DNA of 63,470 nt, counting the filler, from Pelomyxa schiedti (taxonomy: Eukaryota; Protista; Evosea): the NCBI GenBank assembly GCA_020536535.1. It is 12 parts of 12 records of this genome, joined end to end, with 100 filler letters (N's around TTAATTAATTAA, not from the genome) between each part and the next. Parts side by side here need not be neighbours in the genome. Positions count along the whole stretch, not along the records: positions 53,492 to 63,470 come from JAHLWZ010000420.1; 11 more parts are not named here. One strand, 5' to 3'. A model generated the notes under the pieces. That model saw only the letters and a list, made by a program, of their open reading frames with translations, did not search any database and had not been told where the DNA came from. Below, one piece after another: positions 58,901 to 63,470 of this stretch. The first letter of the stretch is position 1. The number at the start of each line of letters is the position of its first letter. Made by a program: the position numbers and the translations under genes.

Positions 58901-59225
58901 TTCCAGCTCCAACTGCAATCCCGCGAACGCCAAGTCTAGCCCGGTGTGCATACAAACGGCCCGCACATCCCACGAACACAACAAATACAGCCACTACTTC
59001 CACCAGGGTTCCGGAACCATCTCTAGTATCCACCCCCCTTCGCCGTATGCCTCGTACAACTTGAACAGTAACAGCCTTCTGCAACCGCCAGTGTCATCAT
59101 ACCACCAACAGCTGCTTCGGTCACAGTCACAAGAAAGCGGCCTTCCCACATCGCAATCCACACCGATTATCTATGACCTGGAAACAAGGCACTCCACAGA
59201 TGAGCTTGCCTCTCTCTTCTCCTGA
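55903..59225 (+). CDS. SnRK/CIPK-like Ser/Thr kinase with an NAF motif and a long Pro/Ser-rich tail; many introns
   Basis: [59 protein letters not shown] and [15 protein letters not shown]. Confidence 0.88.
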
Positions 59226-59304
59226 ACAATAAAATGTAAATAACAAAGTAAATAAATTGAACCTTCTGGGTTTTAAAAATGGCTAGCAAGCAAAAAGCAA
59301 AAAA

Positions 59305-61855
59305 TCAGACGAGGGAGACACCATAAAGGCCGAGATACGATTCGACCTGTTTTGGTATCTCAGCAAGCACTCGTGACCTCAGTCTCTTCTTCTTCAGTTT
59401 CCCTCCTTCCATGCAATCCTTCATCTTCACAAACTGTCATTTTGGTGAGTGTGTCTCATTTTGGAGTTGGTTTTTAGTTTGTTTTTCAACCTGGACAATG
59501 TCACGTGCAGCCTTTACTGTTTTTCCATCAGTGCTTGTGAAAGTGAGAGGTGTTGTGTCAGAGTCGAACTGTGACAGGTGATGGAACTCGGATTCTGTGT
59601 CTGATTCAACACCAACCAGAACAATTGAAATCGGGAGTGCACTGGCTCGAATTATTGCTCTTTTGGTGTCTGATGTTGTATTAATAAGTGTCACGAGTTA
59701 TATATATTCAATCTATGATGCGGAAGGGTTCATTAATATTAAATATTAAATATATTATACATACAATCAATGGTGAACTCATCTCCGGAAACAAATATGC
59801 ACAGAACCATGTACTCGGGTGGCATTTTGTTTAATGGTACACCTCCCAGCTTCCACTGCATGATATCACAGGCGTGATTAATCATCTGGAAGAAAAAAGG
59901 AATAGGTGGAGTTTGAGTTAATTCAATGAATGGGAGAACTTACTTGGTAGAAATCATGTCCAATGTAGTGTTTGTCTTTCGCTCTCCAGTACATATCTCC
60001 GCCAACAACACTATCCATGCCCTCTACTGGTATCATTCTTGGAACAAGTTTCCGGTAGATCTTTATAGCACCCTTAACACCTTTTTTGCAAGCACCATCA
60101 CCACGCTGGCCCATAACAAACCAGGGCTTGCAACTATTGAATAAGGTAGCACCATATCCATAACTAGGGATTGATGGTCATTTCAAATTCGAATGTTCTA
60201 GCATACAAGTAGATCGTATCATCCCCGGTGTAGGATTTCAAGACCTTCCCAACTGCCTTGATGCCCGTTTCATACTATTGGAACTGGGTCAATTTGATTA
60301 GAAGAAAAGGGGATTTCTAACTGGATTGGGGTGGTCTCCAATTTCATGTGCCGAACCAACAAAGTCGATAGCAACCCAAGGGGTCATTTTCAAGCCAAAA
60401 CTGAGTGATTGCAGGAACGTTGCTGTCGGCCAAATATTGAGGTACATTGGGTCAGAGTTCGTTACGAGAGGATGAGACCGCAGTGGTTCAACACGGGTAG
60501 CTTCAAAGAGTCTCCACAGTAAGCGCTTCCAAAGAGTGAATGTAACCTGTTTGTGGTTAGTCCCAGTAACTACATAGAAGGGTATTGTACCGTCCCAGCT
60601 GAAGTGTGTTTGTTATGGCGGACTTGCTCAGTTATGGTCAGGGTATCTCCGTGTGCCATTTCATACATTTTAGCAACTTTGAACGGGAATGAGCAGTAGC
60701 CAAGATAGTCATCAATGAACTTATCTTGGTCATAAAGGTAAACCAGACCAAACTCACCTTTGAAGAAATTTCAATGACGAGTTTCAACGAAGAAAGTTTG
60801 CACACGGTGAAAGTAATTGGAGATATCAATTTTCTTCCAGACTGGATTCAAGGTCTTGCTAATTACTGGGCTTTTGATAATAGGTTTCTCAGCTCCGTCC
60901 TTCCACACTGTATAAGGAATATCAAAAATTGCCAGAAGGAACAAAGGCCTCACCAAAGTATGGATCAGAAGTCCCACCAGAATCAGCAGCAATAAGATCT
61001 TTGGCACTCACACTAAGAAGATATTCGACATGATCATCCCTTCAGCACGGTGTTACTGACAGCATGAGAGGAGATTTATACCAACGTGGACTTGTGTAAA
61101 TTTCTTTGATAGCAAACAGGTCAAGAGGTTGAATGAAAGGTACACCCGAAGGAGGAATCCTCTGCAAGAGGTCCACAGCACTCACGAGGAGCTTTCCAGG
61201 AACAAGAGGTGGCCTCTGCTTCACCATGATCACCTTCCCACTTGGTTTCCTGAATTCAACCAATGGAAGTGGTCCCTCCAAGTGCTTATGGCTAATTAGC
61301 AACTAAAAACAAAAACTTGTTGGTAAAAATATTTATAGATTTACCTGATGTAAGTCGAGCAACTGAGGAGAATAAGGTGGACAACTACCAGAACTTGAAG
61401 TGGTAGCCTTTGTTCTGCTCTGGAGGAAAGCTACTTTGACCAACTTGCCCAATTTTATCTTTGTCTCCCAGAACTGGGGATTTCCCTCAAACACAACACA
61501 CAGAATGAGCTTCCGATCGTCCTCGAAGCAATATTCAAGCGGAACAGGCACCGAAAACGGTAGGATGGAGTTACTCGCCGAGCTTGTGGAAGCACAGGCA
61601 GGTGATGCGCTGGCTGTACTTATGGGTGTGTCAACTGGCGGCGGTGGTGAGAGCCATTCAGTCTCACCAATTTTGACAGGGGGTCCTGTTTGTGCCTTCT
61701 TGCCTTGTGCAAACACAACAACCTGCCACAAAGGTGTGCTGTGTGTAAGTTTTGGGCTTGTGGGGGAAAAAAAAAAAGGAAAAAGAAGTTACCTGACATC
61801 TGGAGAAGACACCACAGGTGGCAAAGAACAAGTGAAGAGGAATCCCTCCTGACAT
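59305..61855 (-). CDS. Copine-like protein (C2 + vWA), multi-exon
   Basis: KSPVISKTLNPVW, WVAIDFVGS, IPSYGYGA, AIIRASALPISIVLVGV, AARDIVQ/FV and VLAEIPKQV. Confidence 0.82.
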
Positions 61856-62102
61856 TCACTTCACTGTCCTACTGTGTTTTGGGTTTTTCTCTTGGTTCTT
61901 TTCGTTGGAATCACGCGCCTCCTCCATCACGAATTCCGAAAATTCTCTCTGAAAAGACGCTTGATGATTTTGATGTTCCTTCTTCGTGCTCCTGGCCCTC
62001 CCNNNNNNNNNNNNNNNNNNNNNNNNNNNNNNNNNNNNNNNNNNNNNNNNNNNNNNNNNNNNNNNNNNNNNNNNNNNNNNNNNNNNNNNNNNNNNNNNNN
62101 NN

Positions 62103-63462
62103 GGTAGTGATGGTGATGGTGATGATGCTGTGAGTGGGTTCCATCAGAGGCAGTTGGATGACTACTTGCGGTTTTCGATTTCGAAGAGGAACGCGGCACT
62201 GAGGGATGTGGAGATTGCATTCAGGGCTGCCAAGGATGCGAGGTGCTTGATTGTTGATTATTCACCACTAACCACAATTTGGTCAAAATTCTTCAAATCA
62301 CTACTATGTAGCAGCAATAATGCCAACATTGACGTACAGATTGAACCCCGGCAACGTGTACTCATGCGAGGAAGTCTCGGATATTATTGATAGTATAAGT
62401 CCCGTTGTGAAAGGTACATTGTAGCACCTGCTTCCTTGCTTATAAACATTCCAAGGCGATATTCAGAAGGAACTTCTCCACACTACACATACAACCGCCT
62501 TGGTTTTGTGCCAGTTATTTGCTCAGGCGGAAGACATATTCCTTGACCTGCATATAGACACTGCACAGCTTGAAAATGAGTATGCAATGGACTTTCAGTT
62601 TCACCATCAACCACTCCTCCAAGGTATCTATTGCGAGAAATGGAACAGTTTGAAGAAGCGTTTTCTACGGTATGTGAGTATTAAATAGCAAATCCAACAA
62701 AGTTGTCTCTAACACTCACAAGGGAGAGAAGAGATTAAAACCTCTATCACGAGCTATAACGATGCCGGCACTACAACATGTTAAAGGAGAGAAGGAAAAA
62801 GCTGACGATAGATTTCGACGTCTTCAAATACAAGTAGAGTGAACGTCCTATATTTCGTATTAACACTTCTTGAAGTGCACTACTATTTTGAAAGAAAAAA
62901 CTGCATATGGTGAGGAAATTGAAAGATTGAAAGCAGAGAAAATGTTATTAGCCAAAGTATATTTCCCGCTGCTAGCAGAGTTCCTCCTGTCTAATTTAAT
63001 TTATAAATATGTCTAATTCATATCAAGCAATACTCATCATCATCCGGAAAATCCACGGCCGCAATTACTGATGAAATCTCATCCAGGCATCTTGTATGCA
63101 CCACCCCTGTTCTCTGATCTCACAAAAACGAAACGAATTTCAGATGTCCCAAACTGAGCTTGCCACAATGAAAGAAAAGACAGCCAAACTTGAGCAGGAA
63201 TTGGAAGAAACCAGGCAACAATTACACCTCGAATCCCAAAAAGTGTCCCGGGCAGAACGGGAACTTCTGAAAAAGGTTCAGACAACCACACCATTTGTCA
63301 ACATGAAGAAAATGCTCAAGCAAAAGAATGACCAGCTCAAGGCCCTCCGTGACATCATTGCCAGGTTTTTGATTTCTCTCCATTACAATGTTCTAACCAC
63401 ACAAAAGAGTAGCACCTGAAGAACTGCCACCAGAGCCAAGAATTGATGATGAAAGGGAGTAA
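62103..63462 (+). CDS. LZTFL1: Leucine zipper transcription factor-like 1 (BBS17) orthologue; N-terminus at 53751-54195
   Basis: HQRQLDDYLRFSISKR, YSCEEVSDII, LVLCQLFAQAE...LHIDTAQLENE and ELLKKVQTTTPFVNMKKMLKQKNDQLKALR. Confidence 0.82.
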
Positions 63463-63470
63463 CGCTATGC

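Overview
Eukaryotic, intron-rich DNA made of 12 unrelated contigs joined by artificial N44-TTAATTAATTAA-N44 linkers, with eight more 100-N scaffold gaps. Gene order is therefore meaningful only within a contig. The content points by inference to a flagellated amoebozoan, possibly an archamoeba such as Pelomyxa: a DUSE-type ncRNA promoter motif, an actin-fragmin-kinase-like gene, an H-type lectin, ciliary LRRC6 and LZTFL1, and a bacterial-type UroD/MtaA enzyme. Protein genes include a metallophosphoesterase, DHHC palmitoyltransferase, ArsM, a membrane cyclic-nucleotide PDE, a Kelch-F-box-Rap fusion, tandem RasGEFs, a DEAH helicase, an MBOAT, a CIPK-like kinase, a copine, retroelement fragments and nine members of an intronless orphan family. 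The main signal is invisible to the ORF track: a head-to-head pair of highly diverged U1 snRNA genes at 37.9-38.35 kb. One has the canonical 5' end AUACUUACCUG (reads GUAAGU). The other has AUACAUACCUG (reads GUAUGU). They share an inverted-repeat promoter whose two halves each place an ACCCATAA element 63-64 nt upstream of a start. Applying that spacing rule reveals further structured ncRNA candidates of unknown class at about 5.6, 11.9, 32.4/35.8, 51.67 and 51.82 kb. A probable RNase MRP RNA lies at 48.2-48.4 kb. All structures and exon boundaries were read by eye.
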